A stretch of DNA of 64,000 bases from Octopus vulgaris (Eukaryota), in NCBI GenBank assembly GCA_951406725.2, contig OX597825.1:18228001-18292000 (forward strand), read 5' to 3'. The notes under the pieces were generated by a model. The model was not told the DNA's origin. It ran no database searches and saw only the letters and a program-made list of their open reading frames with translations. Shown piece after piece: positions 11,945 to 27,450 of the stretch (positions within the stretch are counted from its first letter, which is position 1; every line of letters starts with the position of its first letter). Made by a program: the position numbers and the translations under genes.

Positions 11945-12182
11945 TTCAGCAAAATTTAGATTCAGATGAATATGGTACTTAAGTGAAAGGCACCTCTTTA
12001 TAATGTTAGCAAATGAAATATGGATTAGAATGTGCATTGTGCGTTTGATAGGAAAATTATATAAGTGGCTGAAGATTGCTCGACTTTTAAAACTGATGTA
12101 ATACTTACAGTGTTTAATAAAATGAAGTAGCGTGAAACAATAGTACTACTCTACCTTGGATATACTTGTTGCTTATTTTGAT

Positions 12183-13235
<1,053 letters not shown>

Positions 13236-14705
13236 ACACACATAGAACCACACGCACATATACATGTGTTTGTATGAATGTATACGCAACAATATGAACT
13301 TGTGTTTATGAACGTTACAAACAAGATTTAATTTGATAAAAGATCAATACGCCAGTTCCATATTTAGGGCAAAACTGATTCTGTTCCACTATCAAAAGAA
13401 ATATATGAAACAGAAATATACTTTTGATCAAAGCGCTTCACTCAACTACGAAATGCATCCTCCGGTACGAAGTACTAGATATAACATGTTCTTATATCTA
13501 GTTATACTTTGATTCTATTTTGTATTTTATCGTTTTTGCTATTTTTCCCTTTCATTTTCATACCAAGATTATGAACAATGAATAAGAATGTAGTTGTAGA
13601 GATACTATAAGTCAGACTGGGAAGAGAGAGAAAACACGTTCATGTATGTCTATACTGGTTTCTAATGGAATAATGTCTCTGAAAGAGACACCATATATAG
13701 AGGCGCTGTCTCTCTCTCTCTCTCTGCATTTCTGTCTCAATCCCTCTCTAATTCTCTCTATCACTCACAGGCAAATCCACATTCATACACACCTATAGAC
13801 ACACACCCAAACATCTGCGTATATATATATATATATATATAAATATATATATACATAGATACATATATATATATGCGTGTGTGTGTGTGTATATGTATAT
13901 ACACATATATCTATAAATATACGTATATATAGGTTTAAGTATATATTGTCAAAGAATGACCATCCCAAAGTATAACAATATATATATATAATTATATTAC
14001 ATATATGCGTGTGTGTTTATGTGTATGTGTGGGCATGTGTGTGTATGTGCATATGTGTGTGTATACCTTACACGTTCCTGGTCTATATGTTTCGCTCTGC
14101 CAATTTATACCTTCGACTTGAATCCTACTGCACCATTATTTGGTGCAGTATATTCTACTATAGTTTTCTTATGCAGTTTTTCCATAAATGGATATGCATA
14201 CATACGTACATATATACGTACATACATGCATACACAAGCACATACTTACATACATCCATTCATATATACAGTATTGAAAGATCGGTAAATATAAACCACC
14301 TGATGAGCACTTATTAGCAGGATACCTGGCTATCGTAATATCTCAGTAACCAAGGACGGGCGATTACATATAAAAAAAATCAGAGAAAAAAAGATATATA
14401 ATGAAGCACTTCACCAATCCTAGGTATGATCCAGTAGGCATATTATAAGCTTCTCAGAATGAATAACTGTTTATTTGAGGAAGAGAAAACTGAAAGCGAT
14501 GCTACGATCCTTTCTGGAAACAAACGTCGTTTGTTCCATAACGTAATTTGTGCAATATTTTTAAACAACAATATAGTTCTGCCAACGAGCGAGCAATATA
14601 TTCGGTGTTCTTATTAGCTAATGTTGGGATGAGACCCATCTGCATCTGATCTATTTATCTATCTATCTATTTACACACAGAACACACACACACACACACA
14701 CACAG

Positions 14706-14860
<155 letters not shown>

Positions 14861-14984
14861 TATATATATATATACAGTAATATGTATGCATGTATGTATG
14901 TATTATGTACGTCTGCGTTATGTACGTACGTATGTATATACGCCTGTATTATGTACGTACGTATGTATGCATGTATTTGTACGG

Positions 14985-15185
14985 CTGTGTTAGTTCCCCA
15001 CCATCACTTGACAACCGATCTTGGTGTACTTTCTTTCACTTAATCCAAGAGTTCGGCGAAAGAGAACGATATAATAAGTACTAGGCTTCCAAAGAATGTG
15101 TCCTGGGATCGATTTGTTCCACTAAAAACGGTGCTCCAGCATGGCCGCTGTCAAATGATGGAAGCAAGTAAAAGAATGAAGGAAC
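14985..15185 (+). mobile_element. SINE family A, 3' half
   Basis: cttgacaaccgat...ttcggcgaaagagaacgatataataagtactaggc...ggtgctccagcatggccgc...aagtaaaaga matches 37380-37555. Confidence 0.8.
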
Positions 15186-15657
15186 ATATATACTATATAA
15201 ATGCTTTCGTTTCTCAACAAATTTTCCATTGAGAATACGACATTTTCTGAGGCTTATGCGACACAGAACTTTGTTTTTTACAAATATCGTAATCTTCCTC
15301 GGCGTTAGGTGCTATCGAATTTCTTTTAATGACGAAGTAGGCTTTATTAGATTTATTCAAGATACACACATAATTGCATGTATTTACATGCACATATACT
15401 TATTTATAGACTCACACAGGCTTACACACATGTTGGTTTAGAACTTTCAAATTACGAAGCATTAAATGTTACATACTCCATCGCAGACAATCTAATGGAA
15501 ATTACTCTTATGATATATCTACTCAGCACACAATTACTCTTATATAATCTTAAGCAGTTATTTAGAGTATTATTTTTCAGATACGTTATCAATAACATTG
15601 CATTATATCATATTATATTATATTATATTATATTATATAATATAATATTATATCATA

Positions 15658-15703
<46 letters not shown>

Positions 15704-15845
15704 TGATGATAATTGACTCTCTTCAAAGAACTAATGCACATATATATATATATAAACATCAATATCATTGGCAGTGTCTTAGAAGTTTCGGCCAACTAAT
15801 CCATCGTTCGTCACATTGCAAAAGTTTAAATTAACGCATCTGATT

Positions 15846-15986
<141 letters not shown>

Positions 15987-16837
15987 CTATTAATTATATA
16001 ATATATTTGCAGTAAGTCAATTCTACACTTATACTGTTTACGTTGAAGTCGAACCAATTAAGAAGTGGCAAAGTTTCTCCAATAGAAATAGAATAAAAAT
16101 ACCATAAGCTAATACATTTATGTACATATTTGCCAATATGCTATTGTACAAATAAAACTTTTTAAAGCCGATAAATATTTTGCCAAAGTCAATTCTTTTA
16201 CAAAAATAGTGTTTTTACTGTTATAAATTGACCTTAAGTAATTGCCAATTGGAAAACTTTATATCTGTGAAGAAAAAGTAAATGGTATATTATATTTTAA
16301 CAAGAGATTCTGGCAGGACAGATATATTTTGTAATCATTTCGTAAACTGACGCCAATTTAAAGGCGAAAATAAACATTGTATTCTGATACAATTTTTTTT
16401 TTTACGGTAAATAATTTTATATTCAAATAATTATCTGGTTCCATAATCTTTTATAGAAATATAATCGTTGCACAGCAGCAAATACAGACAACCAGCTGAC
16501 AGGACAACTGTTAACATTTTCTGGCCAAAACTCCGTTATATTCTTGGCCTGTAACAGTTAATGCACAAAAAGAAAGAAAAATGGAGTTGAAATATTTTCC
16601 AATAGGCAACATAGTTGATGTAGTTATAGTTGCAGTTGATGTTATTGCTGATACTATTTAGTTACAGGATTAATAGATGGAACTATACTGTGCTTTATAT
16701 ATTCTAATGTATTGTCCAAAATAAATACACAAACACACACACTTATATATATATAGGTGTATAAGAATGTATAGAGATTTACACAAAAAGGGAAGACCCA
16801 TGACAGGACATCTTAAATGCTAATAGGGCAGTTAAAC

Positions 16838-17118
16838 CCAAACTGCGAAAAGAAACAAAAAATTATTCTAAAGGCACGCCGAAACTAGAACTTAAATGTA
16901 AGGAATTATTATTAGTTAATCTCATACTCGAGGTTCCTTACGTATTAAGCTACATAATTATGCATTGCTTTATCGAACCCACTGATGAACTACGGATGAC
17001 ATATTAATTTATTCGCTCATTAATAGGGAAATTCGAGTATGGGATTTACTAATAATGATTCCATTCACTTAAGTGCCATTATCGGTGCGCCATTAGATGC
17101 AGTTTTTCGTGGTTTGGA
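16838..17118. mobile_element. Diverged PLE-type foldback element
   Basis: Left arm 16838-16940 (ccaaactgcgaaaa...ttattagttaatctcatactcgaggttcc) is the inverted counterpart of 17024-17118 (gggaaattcgagtatgggatttactaataat...tttttcgtggtttgg). Confidence 0.65.
16978..17043 (+). ncRNA. Type I hammerhead ribozyme with canonical core
   Basis: ccca-CTGATGA(16982-88)-acta...tagg-GAAA(17028-31)-ttcgag-TA-tggg. Stem I ccca/tggg, near-palindromic stem III, GUA site. The stem II closing pair is mismatched. Confidence 0.7.
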
Positions 17119-17562
17119 TAGATATATAGATAAAGAGATAGACAAACAGACAGATAGACAGACAGACATATAGAAATATAGATAGGTAGATACATAGATG
17201 GATGGATGGATGGATAGATAGATAGATAGAGGTATAGATGGATAGATAGATGGATAGACATATAGATAGATAGATAGACAGACATACAGATATATAGATA
17301 TATAGATATATAGATATATTGATAAATAGATAGATAGATACATACATACATACATACAAACCTACCTACCTACATACATACATACATACTTACATACATA
17401 CATACATACATACATACACATGCATACATATATACATACATACCTACATACATAACTACATACATACATGCATGCATACATACATACATACCTATATACA
17501 TACATATCTACATACATACCTACATACATACATTCATACCTACATGCATACATACATACATA
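17118..17562. repeat. (GATA/GACA/GATG)n followed by (CATA)n tetranucleotide microsatellites
   Basis: Direct reading. Confidence 0.9.
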
Positions 17563-18128
17563 GGTGGTGGTAAACTGAAGCAAAGACTGAAAAAACGAAT
17601 GGGTGCAAATAAAGTTATATCGTAATAGCTACTATGTCATATATAATTTTAGTATTTAGAAACCCATTGTGACAATGTCCCTCTGTAGAGAATCAAGTTT
17701 TGATATCAGTAAGTATCAAATGCGCTAAAGCTTCTATAAAATAGTTTGTATTCAGATTCTCTAAGATATATAATGTCCTTCGCAATTACTGGTATCACTG
17801 TGTAATTGATTAGCTCAAATTTTAGTATTCGACTGCCAAAAACGAAGTTCAGGACAGTATTCATGAGAGGATTCGTGTGGAAATATGTAATAAATATACA
17901 AATTCTATAGACTTAACTTACTTTAAGAGAATAAGAAGTCTAAGTCTGTATCAAAGGAAACCAGGGAATGGCACTTACTGACTTGTTCTCTAATAAATAC
18001 AATCCAGGATGAATAAACATGAAAAGATAAAGTTATAGATATGAACAGAAAATTATATAAGTGGATATGATGATATAAGAATATGTTCTAAGAAGGTTCT
18101 AACGCAAATAACTTGACAGATTTACCAC

Positions 18129-18296
18129 ATGTATATATCTATACGTATCTATAAATCTGTTTATGCATATACATATATATATATTCATATATGTATACAT
18201 ATATATGTATATATGTATATATATATAGATATAAATATATATATTCATATTTATATTTACATATATACACACTCATATATACATACATATATATGT

Positions 18297-18327
<31 letters not shown>

Positions 18328-18329
18328 AT

Positions 18330-18417
<88 letters not shown>

Positions 18418-18534
18418 ATATACTGCACATAATTTTCTGTATACTCATAAATACATACACACACACACACACACAAGCACACAAGCACACATAGACACAT
18501 ACATATTCATACACACACACACTCTTATATATAC

Positions 18535-18610
<76 letters not shown>

Positions 18611-18740
18611 AAAAAAAAAAAAAAAAAAACATATGTATACACATACACACAGAGATATACACACACGCACACACACATACGCACATATATATATATACAT
18701 GTGCATACATATATGTACATAAACTGTGTATGTGTGCGCG
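18129..18740. repeat. (TA)n/(CA)n low-complexity block with a poly(A) run at 18605-18629
   Basis: Direct reading. Confidence 0.9.
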
Positions 18741-19394
18741 AGCGTGTTCGTCTGTCTGAGTAAATCATATTTAATACCTTTAAAAGACGAATAACTTTCC
18801 AATATCTTCGTGACTATGAACGTTAGCAACTTGACAGGGCATATTTTGTTTAGCAACCAACCTATTATTACATACATTTGAATGATGTGCAAAAACCAAG
18901 CTAAACTCGCAGATAGAAATTATGTATTGGACAGTTCTTCCCATACAGAATCCCGTTTATGCTTCCCAACGTACGATCTTCATTTCTCCTCATAATTAAC
19001 ATTTACAACTGTCTGAAAGACATGGTATCCAAATATATAAATGTATTCCGCATTATTCTTGCAATCTAATGCACTAATAGTTATTTATTTTCAATCTTGT
19101 CTCACTTCCATATATTAAATTTTACGTTTGGTGTCTTTACCTCTTGCAATTTCTGTGAATATATATCATCAAATATCTGGTGATATATGTGTTATAGTAA
19201 CATAAATATTGTCTCTAAACACATTAGTAATGAACATAACGTTTGACTTGCTAACTTCTTAGGTTTCATAAAACGTTGGCATTTCGGAACATGCTTTCTT
19301 ATTAAATATGAGAAGTTGTCAACTGTAAACGATATAACGAAATTTTCTGTTTCAAGACTAGTAGAAAATCGTAGGATGAAGTGCCAAATGTGTT

Positions 19395-19436
<42 letters not shown>

Positions 19437-20566
19437 TATTTCTCCCCAACACGGATCAAACCTAAAATTATTTAACTATGGCACTCATATGTCTAGTTCT
19501 TAACCAAAGAAATAAGCCCAGATATCAGTGAATCTGTGTAAATATCAACAATAAATAAAAGAAATCTCAATAAAGAAGTGCTATCTGTATATCTTACTTA
19601 ACCTTGGTTTAACTAAAAGAAATCAAAATCACTACGGTATAAAACCTGAGAAAGCATCTTATATGGACGTCAATCCGAGTTGCTTTCCCAAGATGAAAAC
19701 TGCAGTACTCTGGCTTAAATTTAGTATATCCAAGTTCAGAAAGATATACATGTTGCTGTTATGAACTAATAATGTTTCCCTCGTTAATAATGATTTTTCA
19801 GTAAAAATTTAAGCTAATGTCACTTGGTTTGTAACTTCAACGAACTGTTACATTTTAAAACAAGACCATTGATTCAATGTTGCCTTACCAAACATGCACT
19901 TTATATTTATCTGAAGAGATCACTGAAAAAAATATATGTTCTGATCGTTTCAATGTAGTTCTAATAAATATGATATTGTAAAGACTTGCAAACGACACAA
20001 TATTCCTGAAGGGTAAATATAGGAATTATTAAACATACGAAGGTAGGGATTCAAGTATTACTCTAAAGAAACATATCTTGATATAAATGAAAGATACATA
20101 ATTATAGATATTGAAAGTTTCGGTTGGTTATATAATTCGATTTAAAATTATTATTATTGATTGATATCAGTGAAGATAAAAAAATTGTAGGATAGCAGAC
20201 AGACTTTATTACGGTAAAGTGTTTTGAATTCAAATTTTCTCGAGGTCATCTCTATTCGTCTCCCTGGGTAATCAATAAGCGAAGTAATACTAATGGTTTT
20301 AGCTCAGTTGAGTCGACGAAGCCCTTCTTTGGCTAAATTACTCTTTCGCCTAGTGAAGGAAAATCAATATGTATATTGATTCAAAGACTACGATTCGTAT
20401 ATTGCTTTATAAGTATATAAAATATATATTCGTTTATAACACACATACACACCACCATCACCAATACCAACACCAAAACCACCACCACCATCACCATTAC
20501 CAGCGACAACAACACTACCATATTTGTACATAAAAATGTATACATATACATTTATGCATGCACATG

Positions 20567-20667
<101 letters not shown>

Positions 20668-20744
20668 TTTTATCTAGTTTCAGCTCTCGAGTTGTGGCCA
20701 TGCTGGGGCAACGCCATTCTGGTGTTGCTTCATGATTTTACTTC

Positions 20745-21017
20745 ACGAATGTTTTTTACCAATTGCCATTTCGTGCATGAGATATTTCGATGCATCTGTT
20801 CCCATCTGCACCTCCTGCCATGAAGTTGGATCATCTGGGACACCTGACAGGAAGAGATCCAGTTTTATTTTAAAGACATCTGCATCCAACCCATGCAGGT
20901 CCTTCGAGAGGATATTGAAGAGCTGTGGACCTCTGAAGCCCATACTATCACAGTATCTTGTCCTACATCTTGATGGCAAATTTGGAGTCCTTGGCACTAT
21001 GCAGTGGCGCCCAGTTC
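20745..21017 (-). mobile_element. CR1/L2-group LINE RT C-terminal fragment
   Basis: RTGRHCIVP...YCDSMGFRGPQLFNILSKDL...VFKIKLDLFLSGVPDDP matches the GPxLFNxLP...FKxxLDxFLxxVPDxP terminal motif of non-LTR RT ORFs. The exact clade is uncertain. Confidence 0.75.
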
Positions 21018-21189
21018 TAGTATATATACATACATACACACGCGTATACATATCCATAGCCCGAGACAAAAGACACGAAAATGCCACGCAGTGGGACTGA
21101 ACCCGCAACATCGTGTTTGGGAAGCAGGTTTCTTACTGCTCAGCCTGTAATATATTATATATAAGCATGATAAGCATCTAGATTGTTTT

Positions 21190-21218
21190 CTTATATATAT
21201 GTGTGTGTGTATATATAC

Positions 21219-21275
<57 letters not shown>

Positions 21276-21362
21276 TATACATATATATACATATGTTTGC
21301 GCGTGTATATATGTATATAGCTTGTTATATATATCGGGTTATATACATACATACACTCACAA

Positions 21363-21409
<47 letters not shown>

Positions 21410-21520
21410 TATATACATATATATACATATGTTTGCGTGTGTATATATGTATATAGCATGTTATATATATCGGGTTATATACATACATACACTCACAAAC
21501 ACACACACATATATATATAT
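21190..21520. repeat. Tandem duplication of an approximately 135-bp (TA)-anchored unit
   Basis: atatgtttgcg(c/t)gtgtatatatgtatatagc(t/a)tgttatatatatcgggttatatacatacatacactcacaaacacacac occurs at about 21291 and about 21427. Confidence 0.85.
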
Positions 21521-22875
21521 GTGAATGCTTACAAATAAATGCATGTATGTATATACATTTATTTATACATGTATGCATGTATACATACGTACACAACCAC
21601 ACACACAAGTCACTTTTACACACACTGAAGTACAAGTTCTGAAGATATTCGCTACCATAGGTATTTGTTCTGAATAACGTTAAAGAAAGACATTACCTTA
21701 TAATACACTTGTTAATGTTGAACACTAACGCAATGCAGATTTTAACTTTACTTAAATAGGTTCATAGAATTCAAACAGTAAAACACGTTGATTGTATCTA
21801 TTGAAAAGTATTCAGTCGTTCCCAAGCAATCATTATCACCTGTTCAGCTATGATATTCTCGATGTATGGTATAGACCGTTGCTTAGATATATGTAAATCA
21901 TAAGTGAAGAAAGTGAGTATTCTAATAACTGTGAAAGAAAAGTGTTGTGAATAACTGACTAATAAGAATTACTTCGATGAATGAAAGGATTAATTAATCA
22001 ATTAATAAAGGACGGACGGTTTGGCTGTATGAAAGAGTGGTGACAATAATCGCAAAATTAAGTCAACAAATCTAACACAGAGTCTCAATGTAATTGAAAT
22101 CCAATGACACAAAGGGCTTTCAAATTAAATACAATTATATATATTAGGAACGCATATTTCAAAGATATCCTTATCGTTAATGAAAGTAACATGAAATATT
22201 TGTTTCATAATAGTATATATAATCAATGAAGGAAATCAATGTACTTGAAAAGTCTCTGGAAACAGCTATAAGTTAACATATATCATATGTTAAAGCAAAT
22301 AATATCACAACCTTTAATGAATGCAATTCATTAAAAATCATTGACAATTACGTCAGATGTATTAATTGAAACGTATGAACTGAAATGTAACTAAAGGTTT
22401 GGTAACCGTATGAAATCGTATGTAACCGAAGTGTTTATAATGCTCACGAAAAGAAGTTAAGTATATGATATTTATTTTTGCTGTTGTTGTTCTTGACTAT
22501 AAACTGGCTCTGGGAGTAGTGGCTCTGGTTCGGAAGTTCTAAGGGTTTAATGGCTGTGAAACTAACTATTAGACACTGTCGTACCCAGGTTTACTCCGAA
22601 CCGAAACCGAACGAGTAGCACTGTAAGGAGACCCGCTATGGATTCATTGACGTGTCATAGAATTGCTTCCTGAAGAAGGTCACTCAAAATCACCCACAAC
22701 AAATACAGAGCAGATAAGGTATTCAGCTTTTTAGCAACATATCTATGAGAAGCTAACTTCATACATCATGCATTCTGATAACTGCAGGGCACGTAGTATT
22801 TGTTGAACCAGACCAAAACAAGTTCGAAGAAAGATATATGGGTTCGGATCTGCACAAACCTTATCCACTATAGTA

Positions 22876-23007
22876 ACTGAGTGAACTGGAGAAACGTGAA
22901 ATGACGTGTTTTGCTCAAGAGCACAACGCGTCGCTCGGTCCAGGAATCGAATCCACAATCTTACGATCATGGTGCTGACACCCGAACCACTAAGCCACGT
23001 GCCTCCA
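22876..23007 (-). mobile_element. tRNA-derived SINE head (family C-related)
   Basis: Reverse complement tggaggcacgtggcttagtggttcggg...gattcgattcctggaccg...tcttgagcaaaacacg, with A and B boxes. Confidence 0.75.
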
Positions 23008-24369
23008 CATATAGACATATACATATAGACATACAGATCCATAAGCTCACATGCATGCCAAAAATACATACATACGTAAAGGAAAATATCAGTACATTTA
23101 TAGACATTGTTATATGTTATTAACTTGGAGTAACGCTTAGAAGGTGATCGTGATAAGGTCGTGGGGTTGGATATTTGCTCCATATTATATATGAAGGCTG
23201 GAAGAACCAGTTAAGCACCAGAAACAATTGTATTGGGGTCGATATTATCAAAGTAGATAGCCTAGTATCTCGGTTAAGAATCAATATATATACTAGTTAT
23301 AACACTGATCTAATAAAGAAACGTTCATAGAATACGACATGTTTATGTGCAGATTAACCTACATTTACAACAAAAGACTAAAAGCTAATTTCTCATATTT
23401 ATATATTTACATGACTACATGTAAACACATGAGCGAAAAGAGACAGATATTTCAAAAATTTAATCCATTCAATAAACGTATTTCTTAAGATTAAAAGAAC
23501 TACTTCAAGCCTATATATACATACACACATGCATATATATGTTATGTATGTATGTATGCATGTATGTATGCATGTATGTATGCATGTATATATATATATA
23601 TATATATATATATGTCTACACACACACATTTGAATATATACTTATATACATGTATACAAACATACATACATACATTTATAAACATATATATATACACATG
23701 TGTGTGTGCAATACATGCATACATACATGCATACATATATATGTATGTATGTATGAATGTATGTACATTTGTATGTATGCATGTAAGCATGCATGTATAT
23801 ATATATATACACATACACACACATTTTAACATATATATATACACATATTTCAATATATATATATATACTTATATACATACATACATACATACATACATTT
23901 ATAAACGTATATATGTGTATGTGTGTATGTGCGTGTGTTTATGAACGTTGGTATGTATCTATCTTTATTCCTCTCTCTCCCTTTTTCCTTCTCCTTTCCT
24001 GTATCTATTTGTCTGTCTATCTATCAATCTATCTATCTATCTATCTGTGTAGAAAGCTAGTAATAGAGCTGGAGATAAGAAATAGATGAACGAAAATATG
24101 TAAACATGGAGAAGATAACATAAGTAGTTTGATTTTGAAAATACAGAAAATGTTGTGATGGGGCGGGGGAAGAAGCGTAAGGGCGTGTGTGTAATGGAAC
24201 GAGAACAATGCCTACGAAGAGAACAATAGAAATATATGTGTATTAGGGAGAACACGATAGATCGATGAATGTATAGATTGAGATGTATAATTAAATTGAT
24301 GTATAGCAAGATAAAGAGCAACAGATTTATGATAGAACAATCAGTGCAATCATTGATAGAGAAACAGGT

Positions 24370-24381
24370 TTATATATAGAA

Positions 24382-24449
<68 letters not shown>

Positions 24450-24483
24450 CTATATATATGTATGTATATATATACATATATAT

Positions 24484-24522
<39 letters not shown>

Positions 24523-24551
24523 CTATATATATGTATGTATATATATACATA

Positions 24552-24590
<39 letters not shown>

Positions 24591-24616
24591 CTATATATAT
24601 ATATGTATATATATAC

Positions 24617-24693
<77 letters not shown>

Positions 24694-24712
24694 TATATGT
24701 ACACTCACTCAC

Positions 24713-24758
<46 letters not shown>

Positions 24759-24760
24759 AT
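24370..24760. repeat. (TA)n array with a higher-order duplicated unit (tttatctatatat...)
   Basis: Direct reading; the unit recurs at about 24445, 24518 and 24586. Confidence 0.9.
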
Positions 24761-25261
24761 CATACTCACATGCAAAGTTTAAATTTATAATCGTTTAGCA
24801 GTTCAGTTCTGATGCGGAACTAAACGTATTGTTATTTAGATTTTAGATGTTTTACAAATGCACACAAAAACACACGCCCACAGACACACATGCGCACAAG
24901 CAGAGAAATATAGTTAATTTGCTTTAGGAACGTATGCACGTTTGATCGTGTATATGACTGTATATATTTTGGGGTCTGCAAACATATGATAGAATACACG
25001 CTACATGAAAAGAAATCGGCATCACTAAATAAGTTGCATTTCAGCAAGAATAAATCTCTGCCGATTCCACTGGCCGAAATTCTTGTGTAGCAGAAATATT
25101 TATGTTCCTTTCTCCATTTTTGTTCTCAATTTTTTCTCAATTTTCGTTAATTCTTTCGGGAGAAGATTGTGTACGTGAAACGTAAGATCACTTTTTCTTC
25201 CATTCTTGTTGAATTTCCTAAGCGGAAACCTAATATCAGCCGTTTGTTTGTTTGTTTGTTT

Positions 25262-25573
25262 TTACTTCGTCTTGTTTGTTCCTTCTCGAGCCACGCCTGA
25301 CACATAGGGCCGGTTTCCCGGTTTTCTTGGCGTATAGGTTCTCCACCTAGATGGGACGCCGGTCCGTCGCAGGTGAGATGCAAGATGCAGGAGGAAAGAG
25401 TGAGAGAAAATTGTGGCGAAGGAATCAGCAGAAGTTCGACATTACCTTCTGCTGGAGCCGCGTGGAGCTTAGGTGTTTCGCTAATAAACACACACATCTC
25501 CCGGTCTGAGATTCGAACCCGCGATCCCTCGACCCCATGTTCGCTGCTCTAACCACTAGGCCATGTGTCTCCA
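25262..25573 (-). mobile_element. tRNA-derived SINE family C, near full length
   Basis: Minus head tggagacacatggcctagtggttagagcagc...gggttcgaatctc; body ...cctgcgacggaccggcgtcccatc...gaaaccggccctatg; A-rich tail. Confidence 0.85.
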
Positions 25574-25622
25574 CTTACTTTGTCTTAGAGCCATCTATTT
25601 TTGCACTATATATGTATATGTG

Positions 25623-25667
<45 letters not shown>

Positions 25668-26500
25668 CGTGTGTGTGTGTGTGTATATATATGTATGCAT
25701 GCATTGGTCATGCTGTCAGAATGAGTGGAAAAAAGAATACCATAATTCCTCATGTGTAGCCAAATCAGTGATGGAAGGACCAGCATAGAAATAATGTGGT
25801 AAAGGTGCAATGATAATTTTAAAGGTAACCTCAATTTTACAAATGCTTCTCCAGACACGTTCGCAAAAGCTAACATGTTATAAAACCATTAACGAAGACC
25901 TATATATTGGACTCGCTGCTTGATCTCAAACGGCGGAGGGCTAAAGCAAGTCTTCGAACATTCATGCCAGTTGTTTTCTATAACTTTTTTTTTCAATCTA
26001 TGGACTCGTTTGTAAATCGTTGGCTGGATCAAATCTGATAAGAAACATAAATATCAAAACTAAAATTAAAGGAAACAAAACAGACAAAATTAAAATGCTT
26101 TTAGACTATCGCTCGTAGAAAACGACGGGAGAATCTATTGTTGTATCTATTATAATTTATATATTTGTGCTCAAAGTTCAGCTTGTAGCATTTCGCTACT
26201 AAGGTTTTATATCCTTAGTGTATAATTAGTATATTCATCAAATGGGAATACAGCATCAATACTGATGAACTCTAGCTGCTAACTTCAGAATACAATTCCA
26301 CAGTGAAATACTCAGAGATGTATAGCAACATTCGCTTCTAATGAATTTTCTAAGAATATCTTAAATTCCAAGTAATGGAATGGTTTGCGTTTAGCTGTTA
26401 ACAACCCGCTAAATATTTGTCCTATGCCGTTTTGCGATCTACGTCAATTTTTTTTCCTCAAAGTGTCAGTGTGTCTGCGATTTTCATATGTGAACACAAG

Positions 26501-26551
<51 letters not shown>

Positions 26552-26557
26552 ATATAT

Positions 26558-26660
26558 GACTGGGTTCTCCTGCTTGTGTGGCATGGTGCAGCACTCCCTC
26601 CTCCAGGCACTTGATGTAGGTCTCGTTCTAGCTGTCAAGTTGTGTTCGATGAAGAGCGAT
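26558..26660 (-). pseudogene. Internally deleted maT/DD37D-type transposase fragment
   Basis: Minus strand encodes NETYIKCLEEGVL, joined with a frameshift to APCHTSRRTQ (compare AYIxxLExVVxPW...QQDSAPxHxxxxTQ). Confidence 0.55.
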
Positions 26661-26700
26661 TAAACCACCTTTTGCACGAAAATACTCGTCAAACGACAAG

Positions 26701-27295
26701 GAAACTGGCGACGAAAAATGGTGCCCGTACATCAATGTGCTGTAGCTTAAGGAATAGCTTAGCCCCGGTAAACAAGCGACACCGAGCGTGAAAGAAGATC
26801 TTCATCCGCGTAAAACGATGTTGTGCGTGTGGTGAGACTGGGAAAGGATTATCGATTACGAATTGTTTGAAAGGAACGAAACGGTCAACGCGGAACTCTA
26901 TGCTCAACAGATGGAACGACTCAACACGGCTATTCAAGAGAAAAGACCTAATCGGCAGTAAGGAGTTCTTCTGCTGCACAACAACACCCACCCTCATATC
27001 GCCAATATGACCAAGGAAGCCATTCAAACGCATGGCTGGGAAGTGCTGCCACCCACGCCGTGCTCTCCTGCTTTGGCACACACGGATATCCTCCACTTTC
27101 GATCTCTTTGAAATGATATTCGCGGAGTTTCGTTCAGTACTGATGCAGAATTGAGAGCTTGGTTGCATCAATTTTTCGAGTCGAAATTGGGTGATTTCTA
27201 CCAACGAGGTATTGAAAATCTTGTTAACTTTTATTAAACCTTTTAAAAAATTTAGATTTAAAGAAAAAACGGCAGGAACTTAGTTGCCATCCCAA
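26701..27295 (+). mobile_element. Mariner (DD34D) transposase pseudogene, 3' half with right TIR
   Basis: ETGDEKWCPYIN...LHPRKTMLCVW*DWERIIDYELFERNETVNAELYAQQMERL...LLLHNNTHPH...GWEVLPPTPCSPALAHTD..HFRSL...FYQRGIENLV. TIR aaaaaacggcaggaacttagttgccatcccaa ends at 27295. Confidence 0.92.
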
Positions 27296-27450
27296 GGGTT
27301 TCTTTCAGTTTCCATCTACCAAATCCACTCACATGGATTTGGTCAACCCGGGGCTGTAGTAGGGGACACTTCCTAAAGGTTCTACGCAACGGGATTGAAC
27401 CCGGAACCATGTGGTTAGGAAACAATCTTCTTTACACACAATAATGCCTT
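27296..27450 (-). mobile_element. SINE family A, 5' half
   Basis: tttctttcagtttccatctaccaaatccactcac...gggattgaacccggaaccatgtggtt matches the reverse complement of 37129-37290. Confidence 0.8.

Noticed and set aside
14294-14340. CTGATGA-gc...gc hammerhead-like start
   Set aside because: GAAA is replaced by GATA and there is no stem I complement.
15769-15832. TGGCAGTGTCTTAG, identical to the 5' end of vertebrate miR-34a as I recall it
   Set aside because: The 3' part diverges and only about 7 bp of hairpin (gcagtgt/acattgc) can form; no credible pre-miRNA.
26255-26300. Isolated CTGATGA, and CTGAAGA at about 22670
   Set aside because: No properly placed GAAA, stem III or stem I; expected by chance.
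26689-27204. 171-aa minus-strand ORF
   Set aside because: Antisense shadow of the plus-strand mariner transposase pseudogene.
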